IMG/VR virus record: IMGVR_UViG_3300013126_000020 | DNA: 64,000 bases | Strand: one strand, 5' to 3' | From: an uncultured virus (IMG/VR IMGVR_UViG_3300013126_000020) | Lineage: Duplodnaviria > Heunggongvirae > Uroviricota > Caudoviricetes | In this document: piece by piece, positions 55,232 to 64,000 of the stretch | Layout: each line of letters starts with the position of its first letter | How positions within the stretch are numbered: position 1 is the stretch's first letter | Made by a program: the position numbers and the translations under genes | The notes under the pieces: generated by a model | Databases searched by the model: none | Seen by the model: the letters and a program-made list of their open reading frames with translations, nothing else | Told to the model about the DNA's origin: nothing

Positions 55232-57091
55232 ATGGTAAGCCCTAAGAAAGTCAAGGCATTAACGTCAAAAGACATCTTCAATGAAATCAAGAGAGACATC
55301 TCGATCATTGATCCCGTTAGCTTTGCAGAAAATAATCTGACCATAGACGGAAAACCATTCGACCTATCCGGGTCAGGATGGAAGTACATGGCAGAAATAT
55401 ACCGGGCAGTATCTGCTCAGGTAGAAAATAAAGAGGCCAAACCGATAGTTCTGCTAAAAGGCCGCCAGGTCGGTGCCACCATCATGGCCGGAGTACTTAG
55501 CTTGCATATGGCTAGCTCTGGGCTGTATAGCACTGAATCTGGCAAGCCACCCATTCGAGTGATGCACGTTTTCCCAGATCTCAAACGCTGCGGCGTCTAT
55601 GCAAAAGATATTCTTGCAAATCTGATTAGCGGCGCCAAGGATAATTACGTTGGCAAGCGAGCCTTGAAGGTTACCAGGACGGTGGACCTAGAAGACACGC
55701 AGACGCAGAAAAACTTTATCGGAATGAGCAAGATTCGCGTCGACTCGATAGGCAAGTCCGGCGACCGTATTCGTGGTAGTACGCAGGATGTTTTGCTTTA
55801 CGACGAATGCCAGGACATGACCCGCAGCGCTATAGAGAACACACTAAAGGTTCTGACTGCAACCCCATACGGTGCTCCTACCAAGGGCGTCCAAGTATTT
55901 TTCGGCACTCCCAAGCACTCCGGGTCTTTCTTCTGGACAATGTGGGAGGATTCAGACCAGCGCTTTTATCAGTTGCGGTGCAAACACTGCGATCATTACT
56001 TTTTTCTTTATAATCTGGAAAATGATGACTGGAACGAGATCTGGATCAAAGAAAATCTAATCAAGTGCCCATCATGCCTTAAAACGCAGGACAAGCGCGA
56101 AGCGGTCGATCTTGGTCGTTGGATATCGACCAGGCCGACAAACGCCAAGGGCGATCCGCAGAAGTATATAGGCTATCACTTCAACATGATGCTCAGCCCG
56201 CTGTTCACAAAAGAAAACGTTCTCGAGTACTGGCCGCAGCACAATAAAAACGCTTCAGAGCGAGCATGGCGAAACGAGACAAAGGGGCAGTTCTATTCGG
56301 CCAGCGAGGTTCCAATTACCCTTGAGGAGCTGTATGCCACCGCCCTGGACGAGTCCAGGGGCGTCGCAAAAAGCATAACAAACCCAGCAGGAAAGAATTT
56401 TTTTCTTGGCATGGACTGGGGCGAGAAGGTAGAGTCGGACGCAGACCTAGAGGTTAAGCGCGGCAAGTCGTTTACCTGTGCAGTTATAATGTCGGTTGAT
56501 CATACGGGCGTGCTGACCGTAGAAAATGCCGTAAGGCTAAAGAAGAATGACCCAGACTACAAAATGAATGTTGTCCGCAAGCTAATAGCTGATTTTCACA
56601 TAGACCAGTCGGCCGCCGACTTCTACTATGGTAATGATTTTGTTCGACTAGTGCAGCACAATGAAGGGCTTAAGGACAAATTCCTCGGCTGCACAAACCT
56701 GAGCAACTCCAAGCGTGCCTTCTCGTATGACGAAAAAGACCTAATGGTAGGCGTAAACAAGGATCAGGTCCTTGATGAGATATTTGCACTTTTTAAGCGC
56801 GGTAGAATAAAGATACCGGCAAAAGGGGACAGCCTCGAGCTACTGGGCTGGCTTGTGGATCACATTACTTCAATGGAAACCCACACTAAGACGAAAGATG
56901 GCATAGTGCTTAAAACGTACAAGAAAGGAGTTATCCAGAACGACGGACTAATGGCACTGATGTATGCTTATACAGCTTACAAGTTCATGGTAACTCGCAA
57001 ATTTACTGAGCAGAGTTCCGAGGGTGTAAGCAAAAAGAAGCAGGATGACGTAGTCGTTCCCATCGTTGGCTATATCCCAAGAATGCGTTGA
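55232..57091 (+). CDS. terL: terminase large subunit (GpA-like)
   Basis: LKGRQVGAT Walker-A variant, LLYDECQD Walker B, FGTP, CKHC/CPSC, nuclease GMDWG and NDGLMA. Confidence 0.88.
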   Translation: MVSPKKVKALTSKDIFNEIKRDISIIDPVSFAENNLTIDGKPFDLSGSGWKYMAEIYRAVSAQVENKEAKPIVLLKGRQVGATIMAGVLSLHMASSGLYSTESGKPPIRVMHVFPDLKRCGVYAKDILANLISGAKDNYVGKRALKVTRTVDLEDTQTQKNFIGMSKIRVDSIGKSGDRIRGSTQDVLLYDECQDMTRSAIENTLKVLTATPYGAPTKGVQVFFGTPKHSGSFFWTMWEDSDQRFYQLRCKHCDHYFFLYNLENDDWNEIWIKENLIKCPSCLKTQDKREAVDLGRWISTRPTNAKGDPQKYIGYHFNMMLSPLFTKENVLEYWPQHNKNASERAWRNETKGQFYSASEVPITLEELYATALDESRGVAKSITNPAGKNFFLGMDWGEKVESDADLEVKRGKSFTCAVIMSVDHTGVLTVENAVRLKKNDPDYKMNVVRKLIADFHIDQSAADFYYGNDFVRLVQHNEGLKDKFLGCTNLSNSKRAFSYDEKDLMVGVNKDQVLDEIFALFKRGRIKIPAKGDSLELLGWLVDHITSMETHTKTKDGIVLKTYKKGVIQNDGLMALMYAYTAYKFMVTRKFTEQSSEGVSKKKQDDVVVPIVGYIPRMR

Positions 57092-57099
57092 GGTAGAAT

Positions 57100-58953
57100 A
57101 TGGTAGATAATCACAACAAGTGGGGAACTGTTGATTGGCAAGCTCCTCCCGAGCCGCTCGCTCTTGCATCGCGGCCGGATGGCAAGACGCCATATCGACC
57201 ACCGGCTTATTCCAATGTCTCGGTACCGGAGCGTACCCGCGAACTTGCTATTAGCGAAGCGGCGCTGCGGTCCCTTGGACCGGAGCGTCGTGCTCAGGTC
57301 GAGGAAGAGATTCTAAAAAAGAGCGCCGTTGGCGGCGATCCTCGGATTGCTCTTGGTACTGCCGTTGCAGCGGGCAAGCAGAGCCTTATCAAGACTGCTG
57401 CCGCCTCAGAGCTAGGCGGCCAGCTGCACATTGCAGGTCGTGGCAACACGACCAATATGATGCCAAATCTGTACTCGCCGCTATTCCTGACGGCAAACCT
57501 ACAGCTGCCGCGTGACCGCATTACTGCAAATGCATGGAATCGTGCGTTTTATGAGACCAATCCTCTGGTTCGAAATGCCATAAACCTGCATGCAACTTAT
57601 CCGATCAGCAAGATGACCATCAAGTGCAAGGATAAGAAGATCGAGAGAAAGTATCTCGAGATGGCAAAGCGAGTTGATTTATTCAACGTGGTACAGCAGG
57701 TGGCGCTAGAGTACTGGATGATTGGCGAGGTCTTTCCATATGCCGAGTATGACGAGACTCGCAATATGTGGTCAAAAGTATACTGCCACAATCCGGACTA
57801 TGTAGTCGTTAAGCGCACGCCGGTACCTGGCGAATCGATTATTGCGCTGAAGCCAGATCCCAAACTGCTGCAGATTGTCCAATCAAACGACCCCGTTCAT
57901 CGCGCTTATCGCGACAAAATGGATCCGGGCCTGCTAGATGCAATTGCTCGCAATGAGTACATTCCGCTGGACAACTTTAACATCAGCCACCTGAAGAACG
58001 AGTCGACTGCATACAACACGCACGGCTCTTCCGTTATTGTTTCGGTATGGAAGGATCTTGTTCTGTGGGATCTATTCCGCGAGAACAAGTTCATTCAGGC
58101 TGATGCAATGGTCAATCCAATGACCTTGGTCAAGGTTGGTGCATCAAATGCAGATGGCCACTATCCGCGCCAGGAAGAGCTAGCAGCCATGCGAGATGTG
58201 TTCGAGCACGCTCAGTATGACAAGGATTTCAAGGTGTTTACTCATCCGGATGTCACGATTGAGCGGGTTGGCTTCAATGGCGGCATTCTTGACATCTCCG
58301 CTGACCTAAACTTTATCCTGGACAATATCTTCATTGGCCTAATGGTGCCCAAGGCAGTCATCACTCAAGAAGGCGCCTCATACGCGTCGGCCTCCGTGGC
58401 ACTAGACGTCATTCGACAGAGGTATAATAACTTCCGTACGAAGATGACTAACTGGCTCGTAAACAAGATCTTTGCGCCGATGGCAGAGGCTAATGATTTT
58501 TATGAGACAATCGACGGTCAAAAGCACCTGGTACTACCCGATGTAGAGTGGAACCAGATGACCCTGTACGATGTTGATACATACATCGGGCACCTGCTCA
58601 ATCTTATGGAAAAGACTCCTCCTACCGCTCCTGTTGGAGTTAGTCGCGGCACCGTGTATCGCAGCCTTGGCCTGGACTTCCAGGACGAGCTAGCCAATCA
58701 GCGCAAGGAGGCTATTCAGATGGCTATTCTTGCAAAAGAAATGGCAGCGATTGCAAAGATGTCTCTTTCAGAACTGCGTACGCTTGATCCCGATGCACCA
58801 ATCATAGAGAAGGATGAGGCACCTCTCCCAGGTGTAGGGGCAGAGGCCGCACCAGAAGGCGGAATGCCTCCTGACATGGGAGGCGGAATGCCGCCGGATA
58901 TGGGCGCCGGGCCTCCGCCGGGTGGCGCAGAACCACCGCTACCGCCGATCTAA
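57100..58953 (+). CDS. portal protein
   Basis: directly after TerL; FYETNPLVRNAI, GEVF, HGSSVI, IFIGLMVP, ASYASASV; Pro/Gly-rich tail. Confidence 0.8.
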   Translation: MVDNHNKWGTVDWQAPPEPLALASRPDGKTPYRPPAYSNVSVPERTRELAISEAALRSLGPERRAQVEEEILKKSAVGGDPRIALGTAVAAGKQSLIKTAAASELGGQLHIAGRGNTTNMMPNLYSPLFLTANLQLPRDRITANAWNRAFYETNPLVRNAINLHATYPISKMTIKCKDKKIERKYLEMAKRVDLFNVVQQVALEYWMIGEVFPYAEYDETRNMWSKVYCHNPDYVVVKRTPVPGESIIALKPDPKLLQIVQSNDPVHRAYRDKMDPGLLDAIARNEYIPLDNFNISHLKNESTAYNTHGSSVIVSVWKDLVLWDLFRENKFIQADAMVNPMTLVKVGASNADGHYPRQEELAAMRDVFEHAQYDKDFKVFTHPDVTIERVGFNGGILDISADLNFILDNIFIGLMVPKAVITQEGASYASASVALDVIRQRYNNFRTKMTNWLVNKIFAPMAEANDFYETIDGQKHLVLPDVEWNQMTLYDVDTYIGHLLNLMEKTPPTAPVGVSRGTVYRSLGLDFQDELANQRKEAIQMAILAKEMAAIAKMSLSELRTLDPDAPIIEKDEAPLPGVGAEAAPEGGMPPDMGGGMPPDMGAGPPPGGAEPPLPPI

Positions 58954-58956
58954 GGT

Positions 58957-59376
58957 ATGAATATAAAATCCGATATAGCTGCCTATGGAAAAGGGGATCG
59001 AGCCGCAGAGATGCGGCTTGCCGCTTTTATTCGTCAATGCGAATCTCGCCAGGATATCGCTGGACTGGAGGTCTTATCTGATGCCGGCGGCCGGATTGAA
59101 GAGCTGGTTCGGCGCGCAACTGTTGTCGTGCAAATGGCGCTAGATGCTCGCAAAAAGACATCTGCCGTTAAGCGCAAGTTGCGCGATTATTTGGCCAAAA
59201 TCGACAGACTTGGCTTCAATACCGATGCTGCCAAAGAAGATCGCAGATGGGTGCCGCTATTGCGCGAAGCGGCTCAGCTCAGGTGGTCGATAAAGCCGGA
59301 TCAAGAAATGTATAATATTGATCTAGAAATAAGGAATAAGATACGCAGAGCCGCGCAACTTGGTGTTAAAATATGA
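58957..59376 (+). CDS. hypothetical protein
   Basis: operonic packing. Confidence 0.6.
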   Translation: MNIKSDIAAYGKGDRAAEMRLAAFIRQCESRQDIAGLEVLSDAGGRIEELVRRATVVVQMALDARKKTSAVKRKLRDYLAKIDRLGFNTDAAKEDRRWVPLLREAAQLRWSIKPDQEMYNIDLEIRNKIRRAAQLGVKI

Positions 59377-59975
59377 AGACTCAGGTTCAAAAAGTAAAAG
59401 AGCGACTTGAGAAGTGGCGCGCGCCGATTTCACGTCGCCTGGAGCAGACCGTGTCAGAGACAGCTCTTCCTGACGCACATGACGATGAGCATGATCATGG
59501 TGATGAGCCAGTAGATGCCACCAAGAGCCTGCCGACCGGTGCTCGCCCGCCTCGGGTAACGTCCGGATTCGGCACGATAGTTAGCCCTATTGACGGGGTT
59601 AGGCGCATGCACTATGGCGTCGACATTGGGGCTGGCAAGGGCCCTGCGTACGCAGCCGTAGATGGATACATTCTGCACGCAGGGCCAGCCGGCACTGCAG
59701 GAAATATGGTAGTGATCTATCGCAAAGGCAGCGACGGAAATGGCCACCAGTACAAGTACATGCACCTTGACTCGATATCAGTGATACAGGGCCAGAGGGT
59801 GAAGAAAGGGGATCTCATAGGCACGATGGGTGAGACGGGCCGCGCCAAAGGCGTACACCTTCACTTGGAGCACTTAGTACTGGTGCCGGCGGGAGATAAA
59901 TTCCAGAAACTGCACATTCCTCCTACTGCAGAGGAAATAAATACAGCAGTGCCAGGAGCAATCAAGAGCAAGTAG
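59373..59975 (+). CDS. M23-family metallopeptidase
   Basis: HYGVD, YMHL, VKKGDLIG and HLH motifs. Confidence 0.9.
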   Translation: MKTQVQKVKERLEKWRAPISRRLEQTVSETALPDAHDDEHDHGDEPVDATKSLPTGARPPRVTSGFGTIVSPIDGVRRMHYGVDIGAGKGPAYAAVDGYILHAGPAGTAGNMVVIYRKGSDGNGHQYKYMHLDSISVIQGQRVKKGDLIGTMGETGRAKGVHLHLEHLVLVPAGDKFQKLHIPPTAEEINTAVPGAIKSK

Positions 59976-60047
59976 ACGGCTGCCCAGCACAAACATAAGA
60001 ATAAACTAGTACGATATTGGGCCGATTTTGAGTCAAATAGGAGCACT

Positions 60048-60938
60048 ATGCCCAAGTATCTAAGCAAGGCACAGGAAAAAACCTGGAGAAAGGCAAAGAA
60101 AGCCTTCAAGTCCCAGTCCGGTCGCAAGCCGGGGCAGAAGGATTGGCCATTGGTCATGCATATTTTCAAGAACATGAACAAAACTGCCGCGGATATAGAA
60201 GTCCAGCCTCAAGAAGGATACGTTGAAGAGGGCATCGAGCTTGCAGAAAAGGTCATGGGCTCCGGCTATTTCTCAGGAATTACAGATGTAGTTGTAGAGA
60301 CGGGCCAGCCAGACCACTATGGCAAGGTCGTATCCGATAATCCAAAAAAAATATACATATCCGCAAATAGAATAAAAAGCGAGTTCTCGTCACCGCTAGA
60401 CCGGGCTTTTCAAATGGCCGTGACCCTGTGTCACGAGGTTGGCCATATAAGGTCAAAGTTCCAGGGCGGCGAGGGCCCTGCTTATGCCGAGGAGCAGAAA
60501 TTTGCTCACCTGTTTGGAGAGAAAATAAAGGCAAATCCAAAGGATTTTGAGAAGTTCACAAAGGCGGCCGCACGCTCAGCCGATATAGTACGCATGGCAC
60601 ATCTGGCAGATGCCAGTGGCCATTATGCAGCAGCGGATTTCCTTGACGCGGCGCTAATGAAAAGTGCTGCCGACCAGATTGATACCGAGCAGATAATCAA
60701 CGGCGTTGGCTCTCTAATCGGCTACATGGTCAGCAGAGTGTCTCCCGAGAAGCGGGTTAGCTTCAAGCAGAGCATAATTCGTAAAATCAGCCAAATAGGC
60801 ACCGATCTGGCTCAGAAACGAAAGAATCCGTCGGCTGGCATCGGGGCGGTATTTGGCCTACTAAAGAACCTGCTGTCAGGCCTGGATGCATCCCAGATCT
60901 CCTATATTATGGGACAGATACTGTCGAGGTATTCATGA
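60048..60938 (+). CDS. multi-module protein with HEXXH zincin-like domain
   Basis: LCHEVGH...E; basic N-terminal module; AHLADASGHYAAADFLD module; AGGAG SD. Confidence 0.7.
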   Translation: MPKYLSKAQEKTWRKAKKAFKSQSGRKPGQKDWPLVMHIFKNMNKTAADIEVQPQEGYVEEGIELAEKVMGSGYFSGITDVVVETGQPDHYGKVVSDNPKKIYISANRIKSEFSSPLDRAFQMAVTLCHEVGHIRSKFQGGEGPAYAEEQKFAHLFGEKIKANPKDFEKFTKAAARSADIVRMAHLADASGHYAAADFLDAALMKSAADQIDTEQIINGVGSLIGYMVSRVSPEKRVSFKQSIIRKISQIGTDLAQKRKNPSAGIGAVFGLLKNLLSGLDASQISYIMGQILSRYS

Positions 60939-61633
60939 TAAAAAACGCAGGACCGGAGCCCACCGGAATAACGGATCCATCTACTGGTAAGAAGGTTTAT
61001 GTCTCTACCACGGCTCGAATTACTTTTCGCAAGCTGCACCCAGAGTGGGTAAAGGCGAAAGTAAAAAATTCTGCCCTAAATGAGGAGATTGCCAAGCAGT
61101 TTGCCGCAGCCCCTGTTCTAGAGATATTTCTTTCAAAGAAGAACAAGAGCGAGGCCGGCGACGTCCGAGGAACTGAGTCCAGTAAGTTTGTGTGCATACA
61201 TCGCAACTCCTATGTTTTCGTCATTGCGGCAAAAGGCACCCACAATCTACCTGCTCCGCCGGCCCCAAAAGAACTGCCTGCATCCATCAAGCTTGCAGAG
61301 CAAAATGTAAGGGTGGCCCAGGGCAGAGATGATTTCCTTCGAGCCCATCGCGGTTGGTTGGAAGACCACTGCTTTGACCTGTTTATTGGCCAGGCAGCAC
61401 TTGACGAGAAGGGCGCTCAGATGCTGCGCGAATATGCGGAAAAAAATGGCGGCTTCAAGGCTATCAAGAATATGACTGCCGACCAGGCCCGGCAGATTGC
61501 CAGCAATCAGGCCAGTGCAATGGCGCGAACCATGCTTTCCGAGGATCAGCGTGGACAGCTTACGCGGGAGCCGGGCCTCCTAAATGATCGTCCGGGCAAT
61601 CTGGCAGTCCCTTTTGCATTTCCTCTTGAGTGA
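60935..61633 (+). CDS. hypothetical protein
   Basis: GAGGT SD. Confidence 0.7.
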   Translation: MIKNAGPEPTGITDPSTGKKVYVSTTARITFRKLHPEWVKAKVKNSALNEEIAKQFAAAPVLEIFLSKKNKSEAGDVRGTESSKFVCIHRNSYVFVIAAKGTHNLPAPPAPKELPASIKLAEQNVRVAQGRDDFLRAHRGWLEDHCFDLFIGQAALDEKGAQMLREYAEKNGGFKAIKNMTADQARQIASNQASAMARTMLSEDQRGQLTREPGLLNDRPGNLAVPFAFPLE

Positions 61634-61645
61634 GTGGTGACCAGC

Positions 61646-62197
61646 ATGCGTAAAAACTCAAATGTGGAATTTTCAGTTCCGGTCTCAGAGGGCGAGAAGG
61701 CGCGCGCAACAGACCTCAGGGACAAGATCAAAGAATTTTGCGAGCATGTCGAGAAGTTCAATGAGTTTTCCGAAGTCCTAACCGAATCGCTGGACCAGAT
61801 AACATCTGGAGACCAGCTTATTCCGATTGGTGCGCTTTTCAAGAAGTACCAGTACAAGCTGCGGGCACATTTCAACAACTGCGTGAAGTCTTTCTCCCTT
61901 GTTCTAGTGTCATATGGCAAGCTATATTCTGAGTCAAGAACCGATCAGATACGAGATGTAATACTGAATACATTCTCAGAGGCCCGCACCGAATTTATAA
62001 ATCTAATGACCATAATGGATGACTTTGACGCAGAGAGCTTTGTCGCGGACGCAAAAGCATCTCAGCAACAAATCAATAATTATCTGGAAAAAGTACTGGT
62101 TAGCGCCCGCGACGAGTGGATCTCGCACATAGACAAGAATATACTTGGAAAACTAAAACTGGCATCCGACTTCTCGCTCGTAAAGGTAACAAAATGA
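61646..62197 (+). CDS. hypothetical helical protein
   Basis: GGTG SD-like sequence; operonic packing. Confidence 0.7.
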   Translation: MRKNSNVEFSVPVSEGEKARATDLRDKIKEFCEHVEKFNEFSEVLTESLDQITSGDQLIPIGALFKKYQYKLRAHFNNCVKSFSLVLVSYGKLYSESRTDQIRDVILNTFSEARTEFINLMTIMDDFDAESFVADAKASQQQINNYLEKVLVSARDEWISHIDKNILGKLKLASDFSLVKVTK

Positions 62198-62346
62198 TAA
62201 TTAAATACGGAACATCTGACCCCGCCACCCTTGTAGACACGAAGAATATTCCTTCATGGCTAAGCGATAAAACGGTGCCGGTAGCCACTGGCACTGACGA
62301 GTCAGAGTCCCCTTCTGACCAGGAAGGCAGCGCGGAGGAAGAATGA
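62194..62346 (+). CDS. small acidic protein (MIIKYG...)
   Basis: AAGGT SD; ATGA overlaps with both neighbours. Confidence 0.6.
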   Translation: MIIKYGTSDPATLVDTKNIPSWLSDKTVPVATGTDESESPSDQEGSAEEE

Positions 62347-64000
62347 GCATTATCAAGAGTGGTTTTATTGCCGGCAATTCCCTGGGAATTGTCAGCAATG
62401 CAAAGCTAAATGACGATCCGGCAGTGCATGCTCGATTTGCTGCCGTTACCGATACTCTGCGAGCGGAGCAGAAGAAGCGGGGCGCCACTGAACTGTCGCC
62501 ATACGTTGACGATTTTCTTTATGCTAGCTGCATCATGATGCATGCTGCCGAATCAGCTCTTATAAATCAGGAGACCGGAGAGGTCATTAAGACCGCTGAT
62601 GGCAAGGCTGTTGCGGGTTGGTTTGAGCGCTATGATGCAGCAGACGGTCGCGAAACTGCTCGCTGGGTTAGTCCCGATGGAATTCGCCCAACGAAGAATA
62701 ACAATGGAGACATCTTTCCAGAGAGCGAGCTCCTAAAGGCTTATAAAAACTGGATCGGCAAGCCGCTGTGCAAGGACCATGTGTCCAGCTCTGTTGATGG
62801 CATCCGGGGCGTAATAGTTGATACTTTTTATGACCCAAAGTTCAAGCGTGTTCATGCGCTCTTTGCACTTGACAAGAAGAATTACCCAGACCTCGCCCGC
62901 AAGGTAGAGGCCGGATACGCCACAAACGTCTCAATGGGAACCGCCGTCGGTCGCTCGATCTGTAGCGAGTGCCAGAATGTGGCCACCGTAGCTTCTGAAT
63001 TTTGCGGTCACGTAAAGGCGCGAACCCATTACGGCGAAATAAATCTTGATCTGAATCCAATCGAGCTCAGCATTGTGGTTACAGGAGCAGATCCTCGTGC
63101 CAAGATCCGCAAGATCGTTGCCAGTCTCGATGAATATCGCGCGCAGGCAGATGCGCTGCGCAAGATTAAGGGCGTGCCGCTCGAGGTGCTTGCTGCCGTT
63201 GACAGCGAGATTGGCAGCCTGCAGGAAGATGTCACAAGAGGCATCCCGCCCGGGGACGTATCGCTTGATCGCTTGTTTGAACTGATTGGCCTTGTAGAGG
63301 CTAATGATGAAAAAACCGGCGCTCTAGGAATGGCGGCGTCGAAACTTTTCGAGTACATGAACGAGGTTGGTCTGAGCGCTATCCATTCGGCTCTCCTTAC
63401 CTCAGGTGACGATAAGAGTGAAGAACTCTTTAAGGCCTTGTCAAGGATAAAAAATCTTTCTGACTCCGAGGATATGGTCAAGGAGGCATCCAAGGCAATA
63501 GGCAGGCTCACCGAACTTGCGCTTGGTGTATCTGACAGTGTCACTAGTATGCCCCCTTCTTCCGCGACTGGATCGTCTCCGCTGGGCGATGACGCCCGGT
63601 CCGGAACAGGGACCAGAGGGCCCATGACTGGCGATCCGGCTGGCACAGCCAGCTCAGGCACAGGGATTGATCCGTTTGGGCGGAACAGTACGTCTGGTGG
63701 ACACGGATCTCCTCCAGAGGGCGATTTGTTTGGGCTAGCATCCGTATATAGGGACGTTCCGTTGAAAAAAGGTGCAGCCGAGTACAAAAAAGACTCTGAT
63801 GCCATTTCTGAAAGAATAACATCTATTAAAAACAGTTTGGATAGTTTGAAATCGTGTCTCCCGACCCAGAAGGCGGGAGTGGGAACAGGAGATATTATGA
63901 CGTTTGATGAACTACGGAAGCGTGCTAATCTGCGTAAGAAGGCTTACATGCAGGGCACAGAAGAGCCAAAGGCTTATGCCCCCATGGGCGATCCAGATCT
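62343..64000 (+). CDS. prohead (maturation) protease/scaffold precursor, truncated by the window end (absent from the ORF track)
   Basis: manual translation: NNNGDIF..ELL, GKPLCKDH, GVIVD, NVSMG, CSEC..C.H, IELSIVVTGADPRA; GGAGG SD; frame open at both ends checked. Confidence 0.8.
   Translation, partial: MSIIKSGFIAGNSLGIVSNAKLNDDPAVHARFAAVTDTLRAEQKKRGATELSPYVDDFLYASCIMMHAAESALINQETGEVIKTADGKAVAGWFERYDAADGRETARWVSPDGIRPTKNNNGDIFPESELLKAYKNWIGKPLCKDHVSSSVDGIRGVIVDTFYDPKFKRVHALFALDKKNYPDLARKVEAGYATNVSMGTAVGRSICSECQNVATVASEFCGHVKARTHYGEINLDLNPIELSIVVTGADPRAKIRKIVASLDEYRAQADALRKIKGVPLEVLAAVDSEIGSLQEDVTRGIPPGDVSLDRLFELIGLVEANDEKTGALGMAASKLFEYMNEVGLSAIHSALLTSGDDKSEELFKALSRIKNLSDSEDMVKEASKAIGRLTELALGVSDSVTSMPPSSATGSSPLGDDARSGTGTRGPMTGDPAGTASSGTGIDPFGRNSTSGGHGSPPEGDLFGLASVYRDVPLKKGAAEYKKDSDAISERITSIKNSLDSLKSCLPTQKAGVGTGDIMTFDELRKRANLRKKAYMQGTEEPKAYAPMGDPD

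Noticed and set aside
55450..55482. Inactive terminase because Walker A reads GAT rather than GKT
   Set aside because: GpA-type terminases use a deviant Walker A with the Lys at the motif start (KGRQVG), which is present
63029..63805. 258-aa minus-strand ORF and the many other antisense or alternate-frame ORFs
   Set aside because: They shadow well-supported genes on the other strand or frame and show no motifs or SD sites

Overview
A 64-kb, gene-dense segment that reads as part of a large (jumbo-type) tailed dsDNA bacteriophage genome. It uses the standard genetic code and is mostly on the + strand. Three blocks are visible. (1) ~1-31.7 kb, replication/recombination/proteostasis: ClpP, a stand-alone DnaG-type zinc finger, SbcD/SbcC, an Fe-S PD-(D/E)XK nuclease with a class-3 intein, a sigma-70-like factor, a 2511-aa orphan, trigger factor, DnaE with a mini-intein, a gp32-like SSB, RuvC, DnaJ, RecA, a TOPRIM-only primase, thioredoxin and a lipoprotein serine protease. 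(2) ~31.7-47.4 kb, mixed-orientation accessory/virion block: KamA-family radical SAM aminomutase, LysM protein, Nudix, sigma-region-4 HTH, HNH, LamG protein, two paralogous fibres and a lysozyme-like protein. (3) ~47.5-64 kb, head morphogenesis: many orphans, a CCA/poly(A)-polymerase-family nucleotidyltransferase, GpA-like large terminase, portal, M23 and HEXXH peptidases, and a prohead protease running off the window. The most notable unexplained pattern is a candidate protein-tagging system. Unrelated proteins share an N-terminal M-x(1-2)-F-x-[LF]-F-K-x-A peptide, others share a short AxxLDxxGxxxxADxLD helical module, and head-region proteins carry many hydrophobic-x-K-x-A sites. I infer capsid-targeting and maturation-protease signals. 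Two promoter-like motif classes, a probable ATT start, an in-frame stop splitting one gene and a cloverleaf leader before the SSB gene were also read from the DNA. All product calls come from motif recognition by eye; no database search was run.
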